A stretch of DNA of 37,558 nt, taken from NCBI GenBank assembly GCA_964548515.1, contig CAZJSF010000004.1, positions 1-37,558 of the forward strand, given 5' to 3'. Positions within the stretch are counted from its first letter, which is position 1, and each line of letters starts with the position of its first letter. Position numbers and translations under genes: made by a program. This stretch comes from an uncultured Thermodesulfobacteriota bacterium. GTDB lineage: Bacteria > Desulfobacterota > Deferrisomatia > Deferrisomatales > JACRMM01. Shown here piece by piece: positions 28,001-35,054 of the stretch. The notes below the pieces were generated by a model. The model searched no databases. It saw only the letters and a list, made by a program, of their open reading frames with translations, and was not told the origin of the DNA.

Positions 28001-28363
28001 AACAAGATCCGGGAGGTGTTGAACAACCTGGTCAACAATGCTATCAAATTCACCGACCAAGGCTGGGTGAATATCGCGGTCCGGCCGGATGACCGCGAGG
28101 GCGTCCCGGGGGTGGTCGCCGAGGTCACGGACACCGGCACGGGGGTCCCCGCCGAGAGGATCGACGACATCTTCGTGGCGTTCACCCAGTTGGACGGTTC
28201 GACGACGCGCTCCCACGGGGGGACGGGGTTGGGGCTGAGCATCGCGAAGAGGCTCGTGGAACTGCACGGGGGCCGGATCACGGTGGAGAGTCGGGTGGGG
28301 GCCGGGAGCCGGTTCTCGATTTGGCTGCCGCGGCGCGCGGCGCGGACGGAGAGGCGCACATGA
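25085..28363 (+). CDS. Sensor histidine kinase with N-terminal sodium:solute symporter (SSS/SLC5) domain and GAF domain (CbrA/CrbS-like architecture)
   Basis: 1092 aa. About 500 aa form a polytopic SSS-like domain (YALSIGVYCTSWTFYGSVG...). A linker and a GAF-like region follow. The kinase core has H-box HELRTPMNSILGY, N-box NNLVNNAIKFT, DTGTGVP and GGTGLGLSIAKRLVELHGG. Confidence 0.9.
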   Translation: MILSPLRVAAIAFGYLLLLFGVAYWAERRKDRGRSIISNPLVYALSIGVYCTSWTFYGSVGRAATSGFNFLAVYLGPTLVAFSWWALLRRMVRIARQNHITSISDFVASRYGKSGRIGAIVALMAIVGNAPYIGLQLKAVSSTFDLLTDYVPGGLVSAGSAAQPFYQDTAFVVALVLGVFGGMYGARALDPSERHEGMIAAVALESVVKLTAFLAAGAFVTWGVFDGFGDIFQRIAQRPDSAHLLTFGHGTSESFASWFTLLYLSSASVMLLPRQFHVMVVENCSEEHIRDAMWVFPLYLFLINIFVIPVAFGGLLAFGDAASADTFVLQLPLREGWRVLALFVFLGGLSAATGMVVVSSVALSTMFLNNLAMPVLLKIGWPRRLAPYLIHVKRIGIMGVILLGYTYYRLLGEEFMLVNIGLLSFGAVAQFAPALIGGLYWRSATARGAGAGLLMGFAGWLYMFLVPALAQAGWLPSGIVEEGPWGVGLLRPTAFLGLEGLDIWTHGLFWSTFFNAGSFLAVSLFTRPSLSEIEQGQRFVEALGRPEFRRPEFRLARAPSVDEFEQLLAKFVGDDKARQKMTEFFGRADYGADALVSDHTRLELRGFVERTLAGAVGPAAASQVVERYLALKGTTLEEIFDVFGAVSLSLEESREELQSRVLELSVLFEASKRVAATLEEGEAIDAVLDLIASEFGLECQGVFLVRGGVLEARRARGFPASYGDVLALPAGRRSCVAEAAAQARTVSVAGDHEAGEALSVEASLSPGLASVIATPILQEGRVLGVLAAASHRRRGGFSEKFVEAFEALASELALAIINARLYDEVRELNRTLEQKVQERTHALEEANRNLQELDRLKSEFLANMSHELRTPMNSILGYTRLVLDGVDGPVSDEQRKSLARVEKNAEHLLRLINDILDLSKIEAGRMDLEVHPFDLGALALEVAEDLRALAEPKGIECRAVVEPGDVRIEADPNKIREVLNNLVNNAIKFTDQGWVNIAVRPDDREGVPGVVAEVTDTGTGVPAERIDDIFVAFTQLDGSTTRSHGGTGLGLSIAKRLVELHGGRITVESRVGAGSRFSIWLPRRAARTERRT
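26715..26747 (+). repeat. Perfect 15-bp in-frame tandem duplication (GGCGGCCCGAGTTCC x2 plus 3 nt)
   Basis: Read directly from the sequence. It encodes RPEFR-RPEFR in the linker after the SSS domain of the kinase. Confidence 0.9.
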
Positions 28364-28737
28364 GGGCGACCGTGCTCGTGGTCGAGGACAACGAAGACAA
28401 CCGGGCCCTCGTGGCGAAGGTCCTCGGGTACGCCGGCTACCGCGTGGTGGCGGCGGCGAGCGGGGAGGAAGCGCTGGAACTGGTGGCCCGGGGGCCACCG
28501 GACCTCATCCTCATGGACCTCAACCTCGGCGGCATGAACGGCTTCGAGGCGACCCGCCGCCTCAAGGAAGACCCGGCCTCGGCCCGGGTGCCGGTGGTGG
28601 CGCTCACGGCCTACGCGATGGTGGGGGATCGGGAGCGGGCGCTCGAGGCGGGCTGCGACGGGTACATCGCCAAGCCGGTGGACGTGCGCCGGCTGCCCGA
28701 GCAGGTGGAAACCTTCATCCGGGGGCGACCAGCGTGA
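28360..28737 (+). CDS. Single-domain response regulator (CheY-like receiver)
   Basis: In-frame part of ORF 28321..28737, from ATG 28360 (ATGA overlap with the kinase stop): VLVVEDNEDN...DLILMDLNLGGMNGFE...ALTA...KP. 125 aa. Confidence 0.9.
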   Translation: MRATVLVVEDNEDNRALVAKVLGYAGYRVVAAASGEEALELVARGPPDLILMDLNLGGMNGFEATRRLKEDPASARVPVVALTAYAMVGDRERALEAGCDGYIAKPVDVRRLPEQVETFIRGRPA

Positions 28738-29807
28738 ACAACCCGCCCAGAATCCTGGTGGTGGACGACAACGCCGACAACGTGGAACTCCTCACGAAGC
28801 GCCTCAGGGCCCTCGGCCTGGAGACCTGCGAGGCCTTCGACGGCGAGCAGGCGCTCGAGAAGGTGGCATCGGAGGACCCGGACCTGGTGATCCTCGACGT
28901 GATGATGCCCAAGCTGGACGGGTTCGAGGTGTGCCGGCGGCTCAAGTCCTCGGAGCGCACCCGGAAGATCCCCGTCGTGATGCTCACCGCCAAGCGCGAG
29001 ATCCCCGACAAGATCCGGGGGCTCGACACGGGGGCCGACGACTACGTGACCAAGCCGTTCAACCCCCAGGAGTTGATGGCGAGGGTGCGCAGCCTGCTGA
29101 ACCTCCGCACCCTGGAGGCGAAGCGGGTGACCGAGGAGAAGCTGGGCGCCCTGGGGCAGATGGCCGAGGGGGTCGCCCACGAGGTCCGCAACCCCATGGT
29201 CACCATCGGCGGCTTCGCCCGGAGGATCCGCGAGCGCCTCGACCCGGGGGACCCCCTGCGGGAGTACGCGGAGCACATCATCAAGGAGGTCGAGCGGCTC
29301 GAGAGCATGGTCGAGGAGATCGTCCGCTTCAAGGCCCTCATGATCTCCCCGTACGAGTCCGTCGACCTGGCCTGCCTCGCGGACCGGGTGCTGGAGGCGG
29401 CCCGCGTGCCCCTGGAGAGGGCCGGCATCCGCGTGGAGCGCCGGTACGAGGGCGGTCTCCCTCCCATCGAGGGGGACCCCGGGAACCTGGAGATGGCCCT
29501 GGGGAACGTCGTGGAGAACGCGGTGGAGGCCATGGAGGAGGGCGGCCTCCTCACGGTCTCCCTCTCCTCCGAGGAGAACCGGGTCCGCATCGAGGTCGCC
29601 GACACCGGCTGCGGCATCGCCAAGGGGGCCCTGAGCCACGTGTTCGACCCCTTCTACACCTCGAAGATGACCGGGGCAGGCATGGGTCTCACCATGGTGC
29701 ACCGGATCGTCACGCGGCACGGGGGAGACGTGGACGTGGCGAGCCAGCCCGGGACGGGCACGACCGTGACGCTGCACCTGCCGGTGCGTCAGGAGAAGCC
29801 GATCTGA
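28734..29807 (+). CDS. Hybrid receiver-histidine kinase (REC + HisKA + HATPase_c)
   Basis: 357 aa with GTGA overlap with the upstream RR. REC is ILVVDDNADN...LVILDVMMPKLDG...LTAK...KP. The H-box is VAHEVRNPMVTIGGF, followed by NVVENAVEAM, DTGCGI and GAGMGLTMV. Confidence 0.9.
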   Translation: MNNPPRILVVDDNADNVELLTKRLRALGLETCEAFDGEQALEKVASEDPDLVILDVMMPKLDGFEVCRRLKSSERTRKIPVVMLTAKREIPDKIRGLDTGADDYVTKPFNPQELMARVRSLLNLRTLEAKRVTEEKLGALGQMAEGVAHEVRNPMVTIGGFARRIRERLDPGDPLREYAEHIIKEVERLESMVEEIVRFKALMISPYESVDLACLADRVLEAARVPLERAGIRVERRYEGGLPPIEGDPGNLEMALGNVVENAVEAMEEGGLLTVSLSSEENRVRIEVADTGCGIAKGALSHVFDPFYTSKMTGAGMGLTMVHRIVTRHGGDVDVASQPGTGTTVTLHLPVRQEKPI

Positions 29808-29827
29808 CCTCCCCCGAGGATCCCGCC

Positions 29828-30751
29828 GTGAAGGAGAACGCGCCCGGACCGGACGGTGCCTCCCCCGCCGACCTGCTCGGCCTCTTCCTCGACCACCTCC
29901 TCGTCGAGCGGGGCCTGTCGCGCAACAGCGTGGACGCGTACGCGCGGGATGTCTCCGGATACCTGGAGCACCTCCGCACCCACGGCAGGGTCTCTCCCGC
30001 TCGGGCTGCCGGACGCGACGTTCTCGGGTGGTTGAAGGCCCAGCGGAACCGCGGGCTCTCCGCCCGCACCGTGGCCCGCCGCGTGTCCGCGCTGCGCGCC
30101 TTCTACCGGTTCCTCGTCCGGGAGGGGCTGGCGGACGCGAGCCCGCTGGCGCGCCTCGACTCCCCGAAGCTGTGGAAGACGCTGCCTCGGACGCTTTCCC
30201 CGGAGGAGACCCGGGCCGTGGTGGAACTGCCCCGGGGCGAGGATCCCCAGGGGCTCCGCGACCGGGCCATCCTCGAACTCCTCTACGCGGCCGGCCTCCG
30301 GGTCTCGGAGCTCTCGGCCCTGACGCTGGACCAGCTCGACCTGGGGGTTGGCTACCTGCGGGCCATGGGAAAGGGGTCGAAGGAGCGGATCGTGCCCGTG
30401 GGGGAGCGGGCGCAGCAGGCATTGCGCGAGTACCTGGAGGGGGGGCGCCCCCTCCTCCTGAAGGGTCGCCGCAACCCCCACGTGTTCCTCAACCGGTTCG
30501 GCCGTCGGCTATCGCGCCAGTCGGTGTGGAAGCTCGTCAAGGCGTCGTGCCGGCAGGCCGGCGTCGGGACGGATGCGAGCCCCCACACGCTCCGGCACTC
30601 CTTCGCCACCCACCTCCTCGAGGGCGGCGCCGACCTGAGGAGCCTCCAGATGATGCTCGGGCACGCCGACCTCTCCACCACGCAGATCTACACCCACGTG
30701 ACCCGCCGGCGCCTGATCGACCTCGTCCGGAAGCACCACCCCCGGGGGTGA
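29828..30751 (+). CDS. xerD: Tyrosine site-specific recombinase XerD-like
   Basis: In-frame part of ORF 28931..30751, from GTG 29828. The SAM-like N-domain is FLDHLLVERGLSRNSVDAYARDV. Catalytic motifs are AGLRVSEL, HTLRHSFATHLLEGGADLRSLQMMLGH and TQIYTHV. 307 aa. XerD versus XerC cannot be settled by eye. Confidence 0.8.
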   Translation: MKENAPGPDGASPADLLGLFLDHLLVERGLSRNSVDAYARDVSGYLEHLRTHGRVSPARAAGRDVLGWLKAQRNRGLSARTVARRVSALRAFYRFLVREGLADASPLARLDSPKLWKTLPRTLSPEETRAVVELPRGEDPQGLRDRAILELLYAAGLRVSELSALTLDQLDLGVGYLRAMGKGSKERIVPVGERAQQALREYLEGGRPLLLKGRRNPHVFLNRFGRRLSRQSVWKLVKASCRQAGVGTDASPHTLRHSFATHLLEGGADLRSLQMMLGHADLSTTQIYTHVTRRRLIDLVRKHHPRG

Positions 30752-30784
30752 GACGGTGCGGAAGGAGAGCGCGGCTCACGAGGG

Positions 30785-31525
30785 TCAGGGCGGCGCCGGC
30801 TCGCCGCCGGCCAGCGCGCACCCCGCGAGTTGCCGATTCCCGAGCCGCAGGCGCGCCTCGTAGGCGAAGTACGCCCCCGACATGGTGTCCCGGCACGGAG
30901 CGGCGGTGATCTCCATCGAGACGCGCACCCCGTCCGGGCCTTCTCCCGTCCCGAATCGCAGGCCCGCCGAGACCCGCTCCTCGCGGAACTCCGGCCAGGC
31001 GAGGTCCTCCTCGCCCAGTCGCGTCACGCGGAGCTCCCCGGCCGAGACCACCGCGGACCAGAACGGCTCGTTGCCGGCGGCCCGGTACCGGAAGCGGTCC
31101 CAGCCCGTCTCGCAGCCCGGTCCTTCCAGGCCGGCGTAGAGGACCTCGTCCACGCGGAGCGTCCCCCCATGGTCCGAGGCGAGGTCTCCTTCCGGGGCCC
31201 CTCCCCTCGTGCCCCTCACCACCGCGAAGAGCTCTCCGTCGGAGCCGGCGTGGGCCAGGAGTTCCCCGTGAAGCGACCACAGAAGCCCCGAGCGGTCCAC
31301 GGCCCACAGGGTCTGCGCGGACCCGCATGGCCGGAAGGCCCACCCCTCGCGCCCACGGAGGGCGTGCCCGCGGAGGACCTGCCCCTCCGCCGGGATCCCG
31401 GAGAGCAGCGGGTCGGAGCCGAGGAGCGCGTCGTCCGCCCCGGAGGCGACCGGGCCGCTCCGGGTGCAGGACGCTGCCAGCAGCGTCAGGAGGGCGACGG
31501 CGATCGTTCGGCGGGTCGTGGGCAT
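30785..31525 (-). CDS. Lipoprotein of unknown function
   Basis: C-terminal 246 codons of ORF 30785..33997(-), from ATG 31525 (GGAGGTG upstream). MPTTRRTIAVALLTLLAASC has a lipobox. The C-terminal half carries GNEPFW and C-RDTMSG...GC motifs, which I recall from a conserved uncharacterised lipoprotein family. The remainder of the long ORF is antisense artefact. Confidence 0.7.
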   Translation of the reverse strand: MPTTRRTIAVALLTLLAASCTRSGPVASGADDALLGSDPLLSGIPAEGQVLRGHALRGREGWAFRPCGSAQTLWAVDRSGLLWSLHGELLAHAGSDGELFAVVRGTRGGAPEGDLASDHGGTLRVDEVLYAGLEGPGCETGWDRFRYRAAGNEPFWSAVVSAGELRVTRLGEEDLAWPEFREERVSAGLRFGTGEGPDGVRVSMEITAAPCRDTMSGAYFAYEARLRLGNRQLAGCALAGGEPAPP

Positions 31526-31588
31526 GGCGCCACCTCCGGGCGGGTTGATACCGTGCCGGGGGCGGCCCGTCAAGGCGTGCCCGCGGTG

Positions 31589-31597
31589 TGATAGACT
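31589..31597 (+). promoter_or_regulatory. Candidate extended -10 promoter element (TGATAGACT)
   Basis: TGn immediately upstream of TAGACT, 40 nt before TTG 31637. There is no good -35. Confidence 0.3.
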
Positions 31598-31636
31598 CGC
31601 CGCCGCATCCGCAGCGCCAGTCGAGGGGAGCCCCGC

Positions 31637-34258
31637 TTGGACGTCATCACCACCCACGTGAACGCCGACTTCGACAGCCTGGGGGCCATGATCGGGGCGC
31701 GCAAGCTCTACCCCGAGGCGGTACTGGCCTTCCCCGGGTCCCAGGAGAAGACCCTCCGCCAGTTCCTGGTGGAATCCACCCTGTACGCCGTGGACGTTCG
31801 GAAGGCCAAGAACGTGGACCTCGACCAGGTCCGGCGCCTGATCCTGGTGGACGTGGCCCAGGCCGACCGGATCGGCCGCTTCGGATCGCTCGTGGGAAGG
31901 CCCGGGGTGGAGATCCACCTCTACGACCACCACCCGCCCACGTCCGACGACGTGAGGCCCCACGTCAGCCACGTGGCCCGGGTCGGCGCCGCCACCACGA
32001 TCCTGGTGGAACTCCTCCGGGAGAGACGGATCCCCGTGGAGCCCGAGGAGGCCACCCTGATGGTCTTCGGGATCTACGAGGACACCGGGTGCCTGACCTT
32101 CGCCTCCACCACGCCCCGAGATCTCGAGGCGGCGGCCTGGCTCCTCGGCCAGGGGGCGGACGTTACCGCGGTCCCGTCGGTCCTCACTCCCGAGTTGACC
32201 GTGGAGCAGGTGGCGCTGTTGGACGACCTGCTCCAATCCCGCGTCCAGCACGACGTCCACGGCGCGCGCGTCACCGTCGCGGAAGCGAGCGCGGAGCACT
32301 ACGTCGGCGACCTGGCGGTGCTGGCGCACAAGATCCGCGACATGGAGAACCTCGATGCGCTGGTCCTCCTGGTCCGCCTGGAGGACCGGGTGCAGTTCGT
32401 GGGCCGCAGCCGCGTGCCGGAGGTGGACGTGTCCAAGCTGGCGCGGCTGTTCGGCGGGGGGGGGCACCCCCAGGCCGCCTCCGCGACGGTCCGGGACCTC
32501 ACCCTGGTCCAGGTCCGGGAGAGGCTGCTGGCTGCCCTCCCGGCGTTGGTCCGGCCGCCGACCGTCGCCCGCGACATCTGGAGCACGCCCGTCAAGTCCG
32601 TGGAGTCGGGCACGCCGCTCCCCGAGGTCGCCGACCTCCTCGACCGCTACCACGTGAACGCCATGCCCGTGCTGAAGGACGGTGCGCTCCTCGGGATCGT
32701 GACCCGCCTCATCGTCGGGCGCGCCCTCCAGCACGGTCTCACCGAGGCGGCGGTGGACGACTACATGGTGACCGAGTTCGCCGTCGTGCCCCCCGACGCG
32801 CCCCTCGAACGCCTCCGGGAGTTCATCATCCGCGGGAACCAGAGGTTCCTTCCGGTGGTGGAGGAGGGGAGGCTCCTCGGCGCGGTGACGCGAACGGACC
32901 TGCTCCGGGCGCTCGACGCCTTGGACCAGGGCGAGCCCCTGGAGGTGCCGCGGGAGGCCCAGGAGCGCTACGTCGGCAAACTGCTGGAGGAGCGCCTGGA
33001 GCCGATCGTCCTGGAACGGCTGCGAGACCTGGGCCGGGTGGCCGAGGGACTCGGCATGCAGGCGTACCTGGTGGGGGGCATCGTCCGCGACCTCCTCCTG
33101 CGGCGCGACAACCAGGATGTGGACGTGGTCGTGGAGGGCGACGGGATCGCGCTGGCCGAGGCCGTGGCGGCCCGGTGGGGTGGGCGCGTCCGCTCCCACC
33201 GGGTGTTCGGCACGGCCACGCTGGTCTGCCCGGACGGCGCCCGGCTGGACCTCGCCACGGCGCGCACCGAGTTCTACCCCCGGCCTGCTGCGCTGCCGGC
33301 GGTGGAGTGGTCGAGCCTCAAGCTCGACCTCTACCGCCGCGACTTCACCGTGAACACCCTGGCGCTCCGCCTCTCCCCGGGCCGCTTCGGGGAGGTCATC
33401 GACTTCTTCGGGAGCCTCCGGGACCTCAAGGAGGGAACCGTCCGCATCCTCCACAACCTGTCCTTCGTGGAGGACCCCACCCGGGTGCTGCGGGCGCTGC
33501 GGTTCCAGCTGCGCTTCGGCTTCCGGCTCGGCCGCCAGACGCAGCGACTGCTGCGCTCCGCCGTCCGGACGGGGTTCGTGGCCCAGGCCCGCGGTCACCG
33601 GCTGTTCACCGAGCTCGTGCTGCTCCTGGAGGAGACGGACCCCGGGGAGGCCCTGGACGCCCTGGACGAGCACGGCGTCCTGCCCGCGCTCCACCCGGAG
33701 CTGAAGCTCGACCCCAAGGCGCGGGGGCTCCTGGGCCGCGTGGGGGATGCGGTGACCTGGTTCCGGCTCCTCTATCTCGACGCCCCCCTGAACGCGTGGG
33801 TCGTGTACCTGCTGGCCCTGCTCGAGCCGCTGGACGACCGGGCCTTGGAGGACTTCGTCCGGACCTTCGGCGTGGAGGCCCGCGAGGGCCAGGCGATCCG
33901 TACGGGCCGGCAGCGGGCGCACCGGGCGCTGCTCGACCTGAGGCAGGCGCTCTCCGGGGGGGAACCGGCGGACAGCCTCGTCTACTCCATCCTCCACCCC
34001 TGTCCCCCCGAGCCCCTGGTCTTCCTCATGGCCAAGACGGAGGACGAGCGGAAGCGCAGGCTGGTGAGCCGATACTGCACGCAGCTGGCGGGCACGAAGA
34101 CCCTGCTCGGCGGGAAGGACCTGCGGCAGCTCGGCGTCCCGCCCGGCCCGGTGTACCGCGAGCTTCTCGCGGGCCTGCTCGAGGCCCGCCTCGACGGCCG
34201 GGTGGAGAGCCGGGAGGACGAGGTGCGGTGGGTGAGAGAACGGACTGGGCGAGGATAG
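31637..34258 (+). CDS. Multidomain DHH/DHHA1 - tandem CBS - tRNA nucleotidyltransferase/poly(A) polymerase family protein
   Basis: 873 aa with TTG start after GAGGGGAG. DHH motifs are HVNADFDSLGA, LYDHH and GGGGH. Two CBS-like modules are present (VNAMPVLKDGALLGIVT and RFLPVVEEGRLLGAVT). The nucleotidyltransferase head is YLVGGIVRDLLLRRDNQDVDVVVEGD...RDFTVNTLA. Confidence 0.88.
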   Translation: MDVITTHVNADFDSLGAMIGARKLYPEAVLAFPGSQEKTLRQFLVESTLYAVDVRKAKNVDLDQVRRLILVDVAQADRIGRFGSLVGRPGVEIHLYDHHPPTSDDVRPHVSHVARVGAATTILVELLRERRIPVEPEEATLMVFGIYEDTGCLTFASTTPRDLEAAAWLLGQGADVTAVPSVLTPELTVEQVALLDDLLQSRVQHDVHGARVTVAEASAEHYVGDLAVLAHKIRDMENLDALVLLVRLEDRVQFVGRSRVPEVDVSKLARLFGGGGHPQAASATVRDLTLVQVRERLLAALPALVRPPTVARDIWSTPVKSVESGTPLPEVADLLDRYHVNAMPVLKDGALLGIVTRLIVGRALQHGLTEAAVDDYMVTEFAVVPPDAPLERLREFIIRGNQRFLPVVEEGRLLGAVTRTDLLRALDALDQGEPLEVPREAQERYVGKLLEERLEPIVLERLRDLGRVAEGLGMQAYLVGGIVRDLLLRRDNQDVDVVVEGDGIALAEAVAARWGGRVRSHRVFGTATLVCPDGARLDLATARTEFYPRPAALPAVEWSSLKLDLYRRDFTVNTLALRLSPGRFGEVIDFFGSLRDLKEGTVRILHNLSFVEDPTRVLRALRFQLRFGFRLGRQTQRLLRSAVRTGFVAQARGHRLFTELVLLLEETDPGEALDALDEHGVLPALHPELKLDPKARGLLGRVGDAVTWFRLLYLDAPLNAWVVYLLALLEPLDDRALEDFVRTFGVEAREGQAIRTGRQRAHRALLDLRQALSGGEPADSLVYSILHPCPPEPLVFLMAKTEDERKRRLVSRYCTQLAGTKTLLGGKDLRQLGVPPGPVYRELLAGLLEARLDGRVESREDEVRWVRERTGRG

Positions 34259-34263
34259 CGGTC

Positions 34264-34298
34264 AGCTGAGAGCTGAGAGCTGAGAGCTGAGAGCTGAC
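34264..34298. repeat. Heptanucleotide microsatellite (AGCTGAG)x4 plus degenerate AGCTGAC, AGCTA
   Basis: Read directly from the sequence. It fills the 42-nt gap between convergent stops (TAG 34256..34258 and TAG on the minus strand at 34303..34301). It is flanked by the inverted 7-mers GTCAGCT and AGCTGAC. Confidence 0.95.
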
Positions 34299-34300
34299 AG

Positions 34301-34879
34301 CTACGAGCCCTTCCCCCCCTGCACCCACCACTCCGACCCCTTGTCGAACCACCAGGCCGAGGAGTCCCCGGCGAGGATGCGCTGGGCCAGGTCCCGGGCG
34401 GCGTCGGTCTTGAGCCGGCGCAGGGTGAAGGGGATCCACTCCTCGGCGTTGCGGTTGCCCACGTCGTGGTGCTCCTTGAGTTGCAGCAGCATCTCGAGGT
34501 TGTCCGCGTCCTTCACCAGCACGGCCTCGGGGGTCGCCTGGGCGGCGAACTCGGCGATGCTGCTCCGGATGTCGGCGCCGAAGGACAGGCCGGCGGTCAT
34601 GTCGTCGGCCGCCTTCCCCTCGTCCGCCCGCACGTACTTCTGGTTCATGTAGTTCAGGTCGCCCGTGCGGGCCTCGGGCAGGTCGTGGAAGAGGGCCATG
34701 CGCAGCACCCGGTCCGGGTCCACGTCTCCGCTCAGCTGCGCGAGGACGTAGGCGATCAGGGCGGTCCGGAAGACGTGCTCGGCCACGCTCTCGTCGCCCG
34801 ACCCGAGGAACTGCCAGCCCGTTCGCGGCGTGCGCTTGAGCATGCCCACCTCGAACAGGAAGTTCGCGACGCGGTCCAT
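34301..34879 (-). CDS. HD-domain phosphohydrolase (YfbR-like 5'-deoxynucleotidase family)
   Basis: C-terminal 192 codons of ORF 34301..35248(-), from ATG 34879 (GGAGG 6 nt upstream): FLFEVGMLKRTPRTGW...ESVAEHVFRTALIAYVL...ALFHDLPEARTGD...KDADNLEMLLQ, which contains the H...HD...D motif set. Confidence 0.85.
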   Translation of the reverse strand: MDRVANFLFEVGMLKRTPRTGWQFLGSGDESVAEHVFRTALIAYVLAQLSGDVDPDRVLRMALFHDLPEARTGDLNYMNQKYVRADEGKAADDMTAGLSFGADIRSSIAEFAAQATPEAVLVKDADNLEMLLQLKEHHDVGNRNAEEWIPFTLRRLKTDAARDLAQRILAGDSSAWWFDKGSEWWVQGGKGS

Positions 34880-34920
34880 GGGGGGCCTCCGGGGCGGCGG
34901 GCGAGGGGTCGGGGAGCCGC

Positions 34921-34950
34921 AGTCTACGGGACGCCCCGCGGCGGTGTAAA
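34921..34950 (-). promoter_or_regulatory. Sigma70-type promoter of the HD hydrolase gene
   Basis: Minus strand: TTTACA (34950..34945), 18 nt spacer, TAGACT (34926..34921). Confidence 0.5.
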
Positions 34951-35000
34951 GGCGGCACGCGGCCCGGGAACGGGGGGTTGTCCGGCCGGATCCGGGTTTC

Positions 35001-35029
35001 TTGACGCTTTCCGGCGCTTCCCGTATACA
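35001..35029 (+). promoter_or_regulatory. Sigma70-type promoter of the GAF-kinase/hslO operon
   Basis: TTGACG (35001..35006), 17 nt spacer, TATACA (35024..35029). The -10 hexamer is the same as at the cytochrome c3 promoter. Confidence 0.55.
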
Positions 35030-35054
35030 CAGGAGGCCCTGCCCCGAGGCGACG

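Noticed and set aside
24896-28498. 1200-aa ORF on the minus strand, the longest ORF in the window.
   Set aside because: It is antisense to the well-supported SSS-GAF histidine kinase. The translation is an Arg/Pro/Gly/His-rich low-complexity string with no recognisable motif. Long antisense ORFs are expected in very GC-rich DNA because stop codons are AT-rich.
29828-30751. The tyrosine recombinase considered as a marker of an integrated mobile element or genomic island.
   Set aside because: The sequence has the XerC/XerD-type N-domain and catalytic motifs and sits among housekeeping and two-component genes. No tRNA, direct repeats, phage or transposase genes flank it, and there is no visible compositional shift.
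31526-33997. The upstream ~820 codons of ORF 30785..33997(-).
   Set aside because: Only the last 246 codons form a credible gene, starting at ATG 31525 with a GGAGGTG RBS and a lipoprotein signal peptide. The rest is antisense to the DHH-CBS-CCA gene and has junk composition.
34264-34298. The tandem repeat considered as a possible CRISPR array.
   Set aside because: The units are 7 nt and contiguous with no spacers. There are no cas genes in the window. It is a microsatellite.
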